Part shown: piece after piece, positions 1 through 9,155 of the stretch
How positions within the stretch are numbered: the stretch's first letter is position 1
Layout of the letters: each line of letters begins with the position of its first letter
NCBI GenBank assembly: GCA_001543005.1
Contig: LFLB01000003.1
Location: 221,797-285,796, forward strand
Source: Candidatus Spongiihabitans thiooxidans
GTDB lineage: Bacteria; Pseudomonadota; Gammaproteobacteria; Arenicellales; Poriferihabitantaceae
Direction: 5' to 3'
DNA length: 64,000 nt
Position numbers and translations under genes: made by a program
Notes under the pieces: model-generated
The model's input: only the letters and a program-made list of their open reading frames with translations
The model's database searches: none
Told to the model about the DNA's origin: nothing

Positions 1-1125
1 CACCCACCCATTCGCAGGGTCGATATCGCATGGGCAAGCAGATGAAACACAAACCAAATCCTTAATAGCGCGCATCAACACGTAGTCTCCCGGCCGCGAC
101 CAGGGATCATCAAATATAAATGTAAAGTCATCATCAAAGAAAGTGTTAAAGAATAGATTCATCGCCTGCCATCCTTTGCGCGGCGCAATGGGGTACGGTT
201 CCAGTGCATGGTTGAAATTGTCTGAACAATTTATGTGACCGGGATAACCGGCTTCGTCATAGTATTTACTCGTGCAAGCCAAACCGAAACTGTCGTGTCG
301 CCCGCAGGTATCCTGAACAATTTCAAGCAACGGCTGGAAGTCCACATCATAAAACTTTGAATACAATCCGGGTCTAGGATAGGCCGAGCCTACTAACGCC
401 CGAGTTGTGGTTGCGCTGAGATAGCGCATCAAACCTTTATCCAGCTGGGCTTGGTCAAAGCACTGAAAATCCGAACACTCTCGACCATCGATATCGAGAA
501 CTTGAATATATTCCCCGGCCTTGACTTCGTAACTTTGTGCGGTTGCTGCATCGATTCTGAAACTTTGTTGTTCATCCGCCAAGGGATCGGGTAATTCATT
601 GGCAATGACCTGTCCCGGATTAGCTCTCGTGATATAGGCAATTAAATCGGTCGGGGGCAAATCGGTTAAAGATATGTGTTCATGCGCTATCATCGGCTCC
701 CCGGGCGCGCACACCAAGCAGACTAATTCGCCTTCGCTGACTAACTTTATGCTTGATCCGGCCACTGTATCGCCGGATAAAACTTCAGCAACTTTTGCTT
801 CCGGCAAACTGACCGAGAATGTTTTAAGTTTATTTCTTATTTTCGCTGCAACCGGGCTGTCGCTATCCAGCATCCGGGCTATGGTTTCTCCATTTGTATT
901 TGGCGCAACACCGAGTTGCGCCGTTGCAGATTGGCCGGAACCATTAAATGCCAGTACATGGGCCGGCTGGAGACCTTCAGGATCAACGATTTCCAGCTCA
1001 TCTCCCGCCAGCATTGGCACCGCGACCACAGCACCGGCACGCACCACATAACGCTCTTTGCCAATCCACTCCCGCCCCAGTCCAGGTTCACGAAGTTTAA
1101 TTACGGAACTTATGCCCATAGTCAT
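1..1125 (-). CDS. DUF1989-domain protein, N-terminal ~375 aa only (gene runs off the left edge); candidate TMAO-demethylase (Tdm)-type enzyme
   Basis: This ORF is not in the ORF track because it has no stop inside the window. My translation of the minus strand from the ATG at 1125 (alternative ATG at 1119) is open down to position 1. It reads MTMGISSVIKLREPG...YEVKAGEYIQVLDIDGRECSDFQCF...TCGRHDSFG...HINCSDNFN...PGDYVLMRA...VCVSSACPCDIDPANGWV. The GRHD, NCxDN and C-x-C-D blocks are typical of DUF1989 (urea-carboxylase-associated family). The Tdm call is inference from the adjacent betaine/TMAO-type ABC transporter. Confidence 0.7.
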   Translation of the reverse strand, partial: MTMGISSVIKLREPGLGREWIGKERYVVRAGAVVAVPMLAGDELEIVDPEGLQPAHVLAFNGSGQSATAQLGVAPNTNGETIARMLDSDSPVAAKIRNKLKTFSVSLPEAKVAEVLSGDTVAGSSIKLVSEGELVCLVCAPGEPMIAHEHISLTDLPPTDLIAYITRANPGQVIANELPDPLADEQQSFRIDAATAQSYEVKAGEYIQVLDIDGRECSDFQCFDQAQLDKGLMRYLSATTTRALVGSAYPRPGLYSKFYDVDFQPLLEIVQDTCGRHDSFGLACTSKYYDEAGYPGHINCSDNFNHALEPYPIAPRKGWQAMNLFFNTFFDDDFTFIFDDPWSRPGDYVLMRAIKDLVCVSSACPCDIDPANGWV

Positions 1126-1163
1126 CTTTTTGTAGCTTTTTTGTATTGGCGTTTGTCCAAGGC

Positions 1164-1197
1164 TATTTTTCCAGGGTTATTTTTCCAGGGTTATTTT
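1164..1197. repeat. 14-bp tandem repeat (tatttttccagggt, about 2.5 copies) in the divergent promoter region
   Basis: Read directly from the sequence: tatttttccagggt tatttttccagggt tatttta. Confidence 0.9.
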
Positions 1198-1430
1198 ACT
1201 TTCTGACCTATGGCTGCGCACTAAAAATGACATAAAATAATGACTCTGAAACAATATTGGCACATTTATCAATTGCGGAATGTTTTTACCTCAATTGATC
1301 CAAAATTGCACCATAATCAATTTTAACGGCTCAATGACTATACACTAAATTTCAATATTCTAATCAGAAATATTAAAATGGTATAATTATGGTACTTCTA
1401 TTGCCAAGATAATTGGCGTATAGTTAAAAA

Positions 1431-2450
1431 ATGCCCGCAACGTATGGCATTACGGATTTTATCTTATCAAATTTACTTATGAAAAATATCTTGGAGAATA
1501 TGAATATAATGAACAAGGTCACTACCATGGCGGCGACGGCTGCCTTATCAATGGCGATGGTTACGGTTTCCGTGCCAACACTTGCTGCTGACTCGAGCGA
1601 GCCCATCGTCATCCCCACCCATAACTGGTCAAGCCAAATCGTGATGGCACATGTTATCGGGCAAATTTTCGAAAGCATCGGCGACATCGTTAACTACACG
1701 CCGTCGGATTCGCAGACCGTGTATGAATCAATTCGCCAAGGCGATATTACGATTTCGCACGAGGTTTGGGAATCAACCTTTGGTGCTTCATTCAAAGCAG
1801 CCCTCGATAAGGGTGGCATTCTCGATGCCGGTACGCACGTAGCCAAAACTCGCGAAGAGTGGTGGTACCCGGCGTATGTCGCTGAGTTGTGCCCGGGTCT
1901 GCCTGACTGGAAAGCACTAGACGCTTGTGCCGATAAGTTTGCCACTGCAGATTCTGGCGGCAAAGGCCGTTATCTGGACGGTCCCATGGATTGGCATGGT
2001 CAAGAAACGCTGGACCGTATTGACGCGTTGGGCATGAACTTCGTTGCCAAGTTTGCCGGCTCTGCGAGTGCCCTTTGGGCTGAGCTGGAGTCCGCGAACG
2101 CCGCTGGCCGCGCGACGGTTGTGTTTAACTGGTCGCCCAACTTCACCGACGCGGTTTATGGCGGCGACTTCGTTAAATTCCCGGATTGGTCTGAAGGGTG
2201 CAAAAAGTCTGAAGGCGGCGACGGCAAATGTGGTTCACCGCCGGCGGGTTGGTTGAAAAAAGCCGCGCACGACCAAATGCCGGTGAAATGGCCGCACGCT
2301 TACAAGACCTTCACCAACATCTCGTTCACCGCCGCACAAATCGGCGCGATGGCGGCGATGGTTGACATCGATGGCTTGAGCGCCGAAGACGCCGCCGCCA
2401 AGTGGATTGGCGACAACGCCAAGCTAGTTGCTTCTTGGACTAACTCTTAG
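1431..2450 (+). CDS. ABC transporter substrate-binding protein, glycine betaine/ProX-OpuAC family (TmoX-like candidate)
   Basis: 339-aa ORF. A signal-peptide-like stretch MNKVTTMAATAALSMAMVTVSVPTLAADS suggests the true start is at about 1500/1509. The Trp-rich betaine-binding-family body (NWSSQIVMAHV..., EEWWYPAYV, VVFNWSPNF) is followed by the ATPase and permease genes. Confidence 0.85.
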   Translation: MPATYGITDFILSNLLMKNILENMNIMNKVTTMAATAALSMAMVTVSVPTLAADSSEPIVIPTHNWSSQIVMAHVIGQIFESIGDIVNYTPSDSQTVYESIRQGDITISHEVWESTFGASFKAALDKGGILDAGTHVAKTREEWWYPAYVAELCPGLPDWKALDACADKFATADSGGKGRYLDGPMDWHGQETLDRIDALGMNFVAKFAGSASALWAELESANAAGRATVVFNWSPNFTDAVYGGDFVKFPDWSEGCKKSEGGDGKCGSPPAGWLKKAAHDQMPVKWPHAYKTFTNISFTAAQIGAMAAMVDIDGLSAEDAAAKWIGDNAKLVASWTNS

Positions 2451-2491
2451 TCATTAACGGGATTTACTCAAAACGCACGACTAACTCCGGG

Positions 2492-2527
2492 ATTGCCCGT
2501 ATTGCCCGTATTGCCCGTATTGCCCGG
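2492..2527. repeat. 9-bp tandem repeat (attgcccgt, 4 copies) forming the loop of a hairpin at 2481-2533
   Basis: attgcccgt occurs 3 times, followed by attgcccgg. The flanks ctaactccggg (2481-2491) and cccggggttag (2523-2533) are complementary except for one G-U pair, and are followed by tttt. This may act as a terminator or attenuator between the binding-protein gene and the ATPase gene. Confidence 0.85.
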
Positions 2528-2607
2528 GGTTAGTTTTGTGAGGTTGGTTTTCTAGCCAAATAGACCTCAACGATGGGGCTATTGATGATGCGCCATTAGG
2601 AATAAAT

Positions 2608-3657
2608 TTGTCTGTTCAACAACCGGTCATAAAGTGCGACGCCGTATATAAGGTGTTTGGCGAAAACGCACAAAAAATGATGCGCGCCCACAACGGCAAG
2701 GTTGACCCACAGGCGTTTGCTGAGGCCGGTTGTGTTGTCGCGGTTAATAATGCGTCTTTTGCCGTACAAAAAGGCGAAATGCTGGTGATTATGGGGCTTT
2801 CCGGCTCGGGGAAATCCACACTGCTGCGGTGTATTGCGCGGCTGACCGACACCACCGCGGGCAATATTTTTATCAACGGTGTTGACATACTCGCCATTAG
2901 CGACAAAGAGTTAATCCAACTCCGCCGCAACAAAATGGGCATGGTCTTCCAAAGCTTCGCCTTGTTGCCGCACAAAACCGTGTTAGAAAACATCGCTTTT
3001 CCACTGCAAGTGAAGGGCAAGAGCACCAAAGAAAGCATGCAAAGAGCCATGGATATGGTCGAGCTAGTGGGTTTGGATGGGCGTGAGAACAGTTTCCCGC
3101 GCCAGCTCTCCGGCGGGCAACAACAACGCGTCGGCATTGCGCGTTCGCTCGCGGTTGAGCCCGATATTTGGTTCTTGGACGAGCCATTTTCCGCACTCGA
3201 CCCGCTCATCAGGAAAGAAATGCAGGACGAATTTTTACGTTTACAAGGCGTTCTCAAAAAAACCATTTTATTCGTAACGCATGATTTTGACGAGGCGTTG
3301 CGGCTTTCCGACCGTATCGCCATCATGAAGGACGGCATCATCGAGCAGCTCGATACAACGGCAAATATTGTCTTGAACCCGGCGACCGAATACGTGCGTA
3401 AATTTACCGCGGAAGTGCCGCGTGAAAAGGTGCTTAAAATCAAAGCCGTGATGGATCCGGTCGGCGACACTTCGGATTGGAGCGAGCTGCGGGTGCCAGC
3501 GGATGCCATTATCCAAACGGTCGCCGAGGCCGTCATTGGCGAGCGCAAGCCGATGGCTGTCGTCGATGCCAATGACAAAATTGTTGGCGTCTTGCACGCC
3601 GCTAAAGTAACTCACGTGTTGTTCGGCGAAAAATCAGCACTCGAAAATAGCGGTTAG
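2608..3657 (+). CDS. ABC transporter ATP-binding protein, ProV/OpuAA type with a C-terminal CBS-like region
   Basis: Walker A GLSGSGKST, signature LSGGQQQRVGIARSL, Walker B IWFLDEPFSALD. TTG start. Confidence 0.9.
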   Translation: MSVQQPVIKCDAVYKVFGENAQKMMRAHNGKVDPQAFAEAGCVVAVNNASFAVQKGEMLVIMGLSGSGKSTLLRCIARLTDTTAGNIFINGVDILAISDKELIQLRRNKMGMVFQSFALLPHKTVLENIAFPLQVKGKSTKESMQRAMDMVELVGLDGRENSFPRQLSGGQQQRVGIARSLAVEPDIWFLDEPFSALDPLIRKEMQDEFLRLQGVLKKTILFVTHDFDEALRLSDRIAIMKDGIIEQLDTTANIVLNPATEYVRKFTAEVPREKVLKIKAVMDPVGDTSDWSELRVPADAIIQTVAEAVIGERKPMAVVDANDKIVGVLHAAKVTHVLFGEKSALENSG

Positions 3658-3667
3658 CTCTGGGGTT

Positions 3668-5836
3668 ATGAGGCATTTAGCCCAGCATCCCAAGTTAACG
3701 CAATTTGGGCTCATCCTGCTCGCCTTCGCCATCCTCATGTATATGGCGGGGGATTACTACGACATTATTACCCACAGCGGCACCTTTAACAAACTGGTGG
3801 CGAGCGGTGAAATTGCTGGCGCAACGGGTTTTTTCGAGTCGCTGCGGCTGTTGCTGAACGGCACCCTGCCGCCGCAATTTGTGCGCATTCCAGAGAACAT
3901 CGTTTGGGGCTTGCCCGAGTTGATTAACTCCTCGCTGCTCTATCTTGTCGAAGACCTTTGGAAAATTACCACCGTCGACCCCGTGTACGGGTTCGAGAAA
4001 AACACCACGGTCATCAAGGAATTCACGCGTGGTTTGGCCGGCATCATTTTGGTAATGATTAACTTCATCCGTGAGTTTATTTTGGGTGGTACCAAAACCA
4101 TCGCCTCAGTTATGGGGTGGGACTTCATTCGTGACACCAAAGCCTCTTGGCCGGCGTTGCCGTGGCCGGCCGTGGCCGGCGGTGCTTTCTTGCTAGGTTA
4201 TTCGTTAAACGGCATGAAACTCGCGCTCTTGGCGTTTATTCCGACGGTCTATATTGCGATCTTTGGACAGTGGATTCCGGCGATGGAAACCCTATCGTTC
4301 ATTTTGGTGGCCGCTCCGGTGTCGGTCATCATCGGGCTAAGTTTGGGGGTGTTGGCGTATAAGGTGAGAACCGTAGAGCTGTTTCTTACGCCACTTCTTA
4401 ATGTTGCGCAGACGCTGCCGCATTTCTCGTACCTCGTGCCTGTGGTCACCTTTTATGGTGTGGGCGACCAAGCCGGTGCGATCGCAACGATTATCTTCGC
4501 AACCCCGCCGATGATACGTTTGACGATATTGGGGTTGAAGCAAGTCCCGCCCGAGACTTTAGAGGCTGGCATGATGAGCGGCTGCAGCAAACGCCAACTG
4601 CTGTTCAAAGTGCATATTCCAACGGCGAGACAAGACATGCTACTCGGCGTGAATCAGGTCATCATGCAGTGTTTAGCGATGGCGGTCATCGCCTCATTTA
4701 TTGGCGCGACCGGATTAGGCTACGATTTGGTGGTCGCGCTCAACTCTCTCAGAATTGGCGTCGCCCTTGAGCTCGGCATCTCCATCGTCTTGATTGCGAT
4801 TGTGTTAGACAAGTTGTCCCTGGCCTGGGCAAACAAGTCGGTTGACTATTTGGCCGAGCTGCCGTTCCATGTTCGGCACAAGCATAGCCTGATGTTCCTC
4901 GCAATTTTAGCGCTCAGCATCATCGTGGCGACGGTCGTGCCGCATATTTCGGAGTTTTGGGGGCAAATGTTCTATTTGATCCCCGAGAATCAGGGCTTCT
5001 CGACCGATGTTTGGTGGGACAAATTGGTTAAATGGGTAGTGGTTGAGTTCCGCTCTTACTTCCAAATATTCAACACGTTCATGCTGGTCTCGGTGCTGAT
5101 TCCAATGCGGGATGCATTCCTAGCTATGCCGGTGGTTGCGACCTTTACCTTGGTCATGGGTGTGGGCTATATGGTGGGTGGGATTAAATCATCGCTGGTT
5201 GTTGGTGGCTTCCTGCTGTTCATTGCCGCCAGCCAATGGTGGGACGAAGCCTTGATTACCATGTACATGACCACTTTTGCCGTGGTCGCCTCGGTGATTA
5301 TCGGCTTGACCGTGGGCGTTCTTGCGGCGAGAAATACCACGGCCACGAAAATCCTGTTGATTATTTGCGACACCTTCCAAACCTTGCCGTCGTTCGTGTA
5401 TTTGATTCCGGTGATTATGCTATTCGGTGTGAACGACGTGTCGGTGTTGATTGCGGTTATCATGTACGCCGTTATTCCGTGCACCCGATACACCATCGAG
5501 GGCTTGCGCAATGTGCCGCCGTCCATTCTCGATGCTGGCGATATGTCGGGCGTGACCAAGTGGCAGCGGCTGATAAAAATTGAAATGCCGCTCGCCTTCC
5601 CGCACATCATGCTGGGCATCAACCAGACGGTGGTTTTCGCGCTATTTATGGTGATCATCGGCGCCTTCATCGGCACCGAAGACTTGGGGCGGTTAATCAT
5701 GGGCACCTTAAGCAAGGCAAACGCGATGGGCAACGGCTTAACGCTCGGTCTATGCGTCGCCTTCATCGGCCTCGCGATTGACCACCTAATCCACACCTGG
5801 GCGGATAAAAGAAAGAAAATATTAGGCATTGCTTAA
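3668..5836 (+). CDS. Fused double permease of the betaine/TMAO-type ABC transporter (two ProW-like domains)
   Basis: 722-aa polytopic protein. It has two copies of the permease EAA-type loop: ATPPMIRLTILGLKQVPPETLEAGMMSG and VIPCTRYTIEGLRNVPPSILDAGDMSG. Confidence 0.9.
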   Translation: MRHLAQHPKLTQFGLILLAFAILMYMAGDYYDIITHSGTFNKLVASGEIAGATGFFESLRLLLNGTLPPQFVRIPENIVWGLPELINSSLLYLVEDLWKITTVDPVYGFEKNTTVIKEFTRGLAGIILVMINFIREFILGGTKTIASVMGWDFIRDTKASWPALPWPAVAGGAFLLGYSLNGMKLALLAFIPTVYIAIFGQWIPAMETLSFILVAAPVSVIIGLSLGVLAYKVRTVELFLTPLLNVAQTLPHFSYLVPVVTFYGVGDQAGAIATIIFATPPMIRLTILGLKQVPPETLEAGMMSGCSKRQLLFKVHIPTARQDMLLGVNQVIMQCLAMAVIASFIGATGLGYDLVVALNSLRIGVALELGISIVLIAIVLDKLSLAWANKSVDYLAELPFHVRHKHSLMFLAILALSIIVATVVPHISEFWGQMFYLIPENQGFSTDVWWDKLVKWVVVEFRSYFQIFNTFMLVSVLIPMRDAFLAMPVVATFTLVMGVGYMVGGIKSSLVVGGFLLFIAASQWWDEALITMYMTTFAVVASVIIGLTVGVLAARNTTATKILLIICDTFQTLPSFVYLIPVIMLFGVNDVSVLIAVIMYAVIPCTRYTIEGLRNVPPSILDAGDMSGVTKWQRLIKIEMPLAFPHIMLGINQTVVFALFMVIIGAFIGTEDLGRLIMGTLSKANAMGNGLTLGLCVAFIGLAIDHLIHTWADKRKKILGIA

Positions 5837-5945
5837 ATTCAGTCGTTTCCTTATGAACTAACAACGTAACCAGTTTATGCTCCGCTTTGACTCAAATTAC
5901 AATCGAACGCGACAACTGTGCTTGAAGCATCACTGCCCGCTTGCA

Positions 5946-8900
5946 TTAGCAATCATATGGAACGGTACAAAGGGCGTGTTGCAATAGATTGATAATCTCC
6001 GTAGCCTTTCCTTTCGCCAGGAATATCCCCTGTTTTCGGCAGTCTTGTTCTGTCATTGTGCAATCGCTTCCAATGTCTTTAGGCTGTGTGGCCGACCAGA
6101 TATAGGAATGCAGGAAAATCTCGGGTTTTTTCTCTTTAATCTTTTTCTCGGTTTCTTTTATCCGTTTGTGCAAATCCACTTTGGATTTGATTTTGCTGTC
6201 AAAGCGCACAAGCCCCTTGGGATCGATAAACAGAATGTCCTGCCTGTTTGAGTCTCTAACCCAAAGAATGAAATCTGGGTAAAAAGAATAATCATCAAAG
6301 AAAGAAACCCCTTTCCCACGGCTGAGATTACGCATCAGGTATATCTCTTTGCCTTGTAGAAAATCAATATTCTGGTTTTCCACAATAACTTTCAGGTATT
6401 CAACAAAATCAGCTTCGCCATCATTCAGCGCAAGCGGTGAGATTTTAACGGATTCTCCCGCACCGACAGATGCTTGAAGCAAGGGAATGTAAGCATGAAA
6501 AGCTGGCGCCAGAAGCGAGAGTTGAAACGCGCCTGATTTAAATTTCTCATCGTAGTTACCTTGCGCCACCTCTTTCGCCAACTGCTCAATGTCTCGTATC
6601 AAATCCTTTTCTTTTACATCAACCGACAGCTGGTATGCTTCGACATAGCTCAAGTTTTCATCATCCAGCGGAACGGCTTCAATGTATTTGTGTTCCCAAA
6701 TGCTTCTCTCTCTGCGCCAATATTGGTTTGCATATTCACAAATCAAGTCAACCGCAAGGTCTTCCCACTCGCGCACTCTTTCATAGTGTGACGGTTCAAG
6801 TTTTTCAGGCGGAATGGTAAGTACATACCAATCCTGATTTTCAAGCAGTTGATTCACTGTTGCCTGAGAAATAGTCATGTTATGCCATGAAAATAGATGC
6901 TTGCGCTCAAGCATTCGGTGATAGACCGACAGTTTGTTTATCAAAGCCAAATACTTTTTTTCAAGTTTGTGTTCTTCTTTGGCAGATGCGTGGCCGCCTG
7001 CTTGATTTTCATTCGATTCAAGAACCTGCAAATGCTTGTAGCGGTCAAGCGTTACCCTATCCCGTGCCTTCGGTTGGCTCGGTAAATCAAGACGCTTGTC
7101 CGAATATTGAAACTCGCCTGCATTGTCCTGCTTTTTGAGTATTTTTAAATCCCTTGCATTTCCAAACTGTTTCTTTGTCGGCAATGTAATTGTAATTCGA
7201 TTGACTGCGACCCCTTCTTTTTGCAGGTAGTCCTTGAATTTGTCCATATAGTTGGCTTTGAGGCCAAAGATGTTTAGCGTTTCAAGAAGTTTGAGTTGGC
7301 CGCTATCCTGTGGGATTGCGCCTTCAAGCGCGGTATGCCGCTTGAGCGACATGCCACGTCCCTTGAGGCGGACACCGCGTCCGAACATCTGGATAATTTG
7401 CGGCCCTTCGCCGGTTCCCACATGCATAAGCCCCATAGTGCTGACCCGCCAGGAATTCCACCCGGCTGCAAACTTGCGCGCGCCGATAACGATATTCACC
7501 GGAGAGTTGTTGTTATCCACATCGGCAAAAAGCGGTTTGGCAAATGCGTCCTTTGCAAGAGAAAAGAGTCGATTTTCAACCGCTTCAAGTTTTGTGTAAA
7601 GCCCGGATGCATCTCCAACATTGACCACCCCGAACGCGGCCGCGTCTCCAACCTTGAATTGAAGTTCGTCCGCTCCGGTGAGATGCGATATAAGCAGTTG
7701 CCCTTTTCCGCGAAACACGATCGCGCATAAGTCATTGTAAATGGCTTGCGGCTGCATTTCTTTAATGTAAGAAAAAGACTCGCTGAATATGTCCTTTCCG
7801 TTTTCATCAATAAGCCCGGTACTGCCGCTTGTGAGTTTCTTAATACCCGTTATCACTTGTTGCGGTTGGCTTTGCGCCCAAGCCAGAAAATTGATGATTC
7901 GGATTACATCGGTTTCCGTTTCTTTCTTGCCAGCGGTCTTGCCTCCGGTGACCGTCTTTCCGAGAAAAACCCAAAGCGGCGGTGCGATGTTGAACTCCCG
8001 CCACTGCCCACCTTTATCCTCGAAAATCCGGCATTGCTGATAAAACATCAACAAGCAGGCAAGCAAATAAACATTGTTCGCCTCGCCGTCATCGGTCTGT
8101 TGCAGATTGGATATTTGATAATCCTTGCCGTAGCCGTCTCCATAGAAAAATTTGTATGAATAATCAAACAAAATTGATTTGCCGTATTCATCGCGCAGTT
8201 TCTTGATTTCATCTCCGCTGCCGGAAACCGCCTGATTAAATGTCGCCGAGTATTCAAAGGTGAACCCGTTTGTGGCAAGTTGCTTGCGCCGTTTTCTCCA
8301 CACCTTGCCGCCGGTTCCCAGATGACCCTCATCCACCATGACAAGATTGTTTTCTTCAAAGGATTCCAGAGCGACCCGCTTAATGCCTTTCCTTTCATCC
8401 AGTTTGTGCAAATCAATGATGTCCACGATTGCGCCACCCTGAGAAAACAAGCCCGGCCCCGCATTGTCGGAGAAAAGTTGCGCCGGTATGCCGCTTGATT
8501 GCAACTCGCGCAAGTGCTGGCGGGAAAGCCCCTCGTCCGGCGTTACCAATATAATTTTGTTGAGTTTGTGCAGCTGTTTGTATTCTTTCAGGTAGTGTTT
8601 GTATTGCAGGATGTTGGCGTGCAAAAGAAGCGTTTTGCCGGAGCCGGTCGCGCTTTGGAAAGCAAGCGTGCGCAAATCGTCAATCGTATAATCGGCAATA
8701 TCGGACGCCCTCTCTCGTCGTTTCCATTCGTTTAGTTTTTCAATCAGGATTTCCGGATCTTGAAAATACAAGTCAAGATACCGCTCGGTAAAAAGCAAGG
8801 CGAGATACTGAAACGGTTTCCACGATTTGCCCTTTTCATTCGTCATCCCCAAAGTCTGGCTATGGGCGAGTATATTTTCGTCATAGCGGGCAAGATCACT

Positions 8901-9131
8901 CTGCGTCGCTTCCTTTGGGTAAGGATGCAGAAAATTAGAGAGTGTTTGGAAAAAACGGGTCGTATTGTTCTCGCTCAACCCTTCAGGCAGCCCGCTAAAC
9001 CGATCTAACATTGCGCGCAGGTTTTTATAACCGAACTGGTCGCACATGAAACGGTGCAGAACCATGCGGGATTCAAGATTATTTGTGTTTCTACTTCTTC
9101 TTGTTTGGCGAGACATATTATTTTCCCTCAC
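5946..9131 (-). CDS. Type III restriction enzyme Res-like helicase-nuclease
   Basis: Helicase motif I SATGSGKT, motif II LVMVDEGHLG, motif III YSATF, motif VI MFGRGVRLKG. The C-terminus has a PD-(D/E)xK-like YPDFILWV...ILFIDPKG. The gene lies 24 nt downstream of the methyltransferase gene on the same strand. Confidence 0.8.
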   Translation of the reverse strand: MRENNMSRQTRRSRNTNNLESRMVLHRFMCDQFGYKNLRAMLDRFSGLPEGLSENNTTRFFQTLSNFLHPYPKEATQSDLARYDENILAHSQTLGMTNEKGKSWKPFQYLALLFTERYLDLYFQDPEILIEKLNEWKRRERASDIADYTIDDLRTLAFQSATGSGKTLLLHANILQYKHYLKEYKQLHKLNKIILVTPDEGLSRQHLRELQSSGIPAQLFSDNAGPGLFSQGGAIVDIIDLHKLDERKGIKRVALESFEENNLVMVDEGHLGTGGKVWRKRRKQLATNGFTFEYSATFNQAVSGSGDEIKKLRDEYGKSILFDYSYKFFYGDGYGKDYQISNLQQTDDGEANNVYLLACLLMFYQQCRIFEDKGGQWREFNIAPPLWVFLGKTVTGGKTAGKKETETDVIRIINFLAWAQSQPQQVITGIKKLTSGSTGLIDENGKDIFSESFSYIKEMQPQAIYNDLCAIVFRGKGQLLISHLTGADELQFKVGDAAAFGVVNVGDASGLYTKLEAVENRLFSLAKDAFAKPLFADVDNNNSPVNIVIGARKFAAGWNSWRVSTMGLMHVGTGEGPQIIQMFGRGVRLKGRGMSLKRHTALEGAIPQDSGQLKLLETLNIFGLKANYMDKFKDYLQKEGVAVNRITITLPTKKQFGNARDLKILKKQDNAGEFQYSDKRLDLPSQPKARDRVTLDRYKHLQVLESNENQAGGHASAKEEHKLEKKYLALINKLSVYHRMLERKHLFSWHNMTISQATVNQLLENQDWYVLTIPPEKLEPSHYERVREWEDLAVDLICEYANQYWRRERSIWEHKYIEAVPLDDENLSYVEAYQLSVDVKEKDLIRDIEQLAKEVAQGNYDEKFKSGAFQLSLLAPAFHAYIPLLQASVGAGESVKISPLALNDGEADFVEYLKVIVENQNIDFLQGKEIYLMRNLSRGKGVSFFDDYSFYPDFILWVRDSNRQDILFIDPKGLVRFDSKIKSKVDLHKRIKETEKKIKEKKPEIFLHSYIWSATQPKDIGSDCTMTEQDCRKQGIFLAKGKATEIINLLQHALCTVPYDC

Positions 9132-9155
9132 CCTCGTTGCCTTTGTTGTCCAACA

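Noticed and set aside
429-1206. Four 70-125-aa ORFs from the track in the first 1.2 kb
   Set aside because: All overlap the long open minus-strand frame that encodes the DUF1989 protein. That frame is absent from the track only because it has no stop inside the window.
2616-3578. 320-aa ORF antisense to the ABC ATPase gene
   Set aside because: It mirrors a gene that has unmistakable Walker and signature motifs. Its product is Ser/Ala/Thr-rich, low-complexity, and carries no motif. This is the typical shadow ORF of a moderately GC-rich gene.
5167-5829. 220-aa ORF antisense to the fused permease gene
   Set aside because: It is a shadow ORF. The sense strand encodes a well-formed permease domain with the EAA loop.
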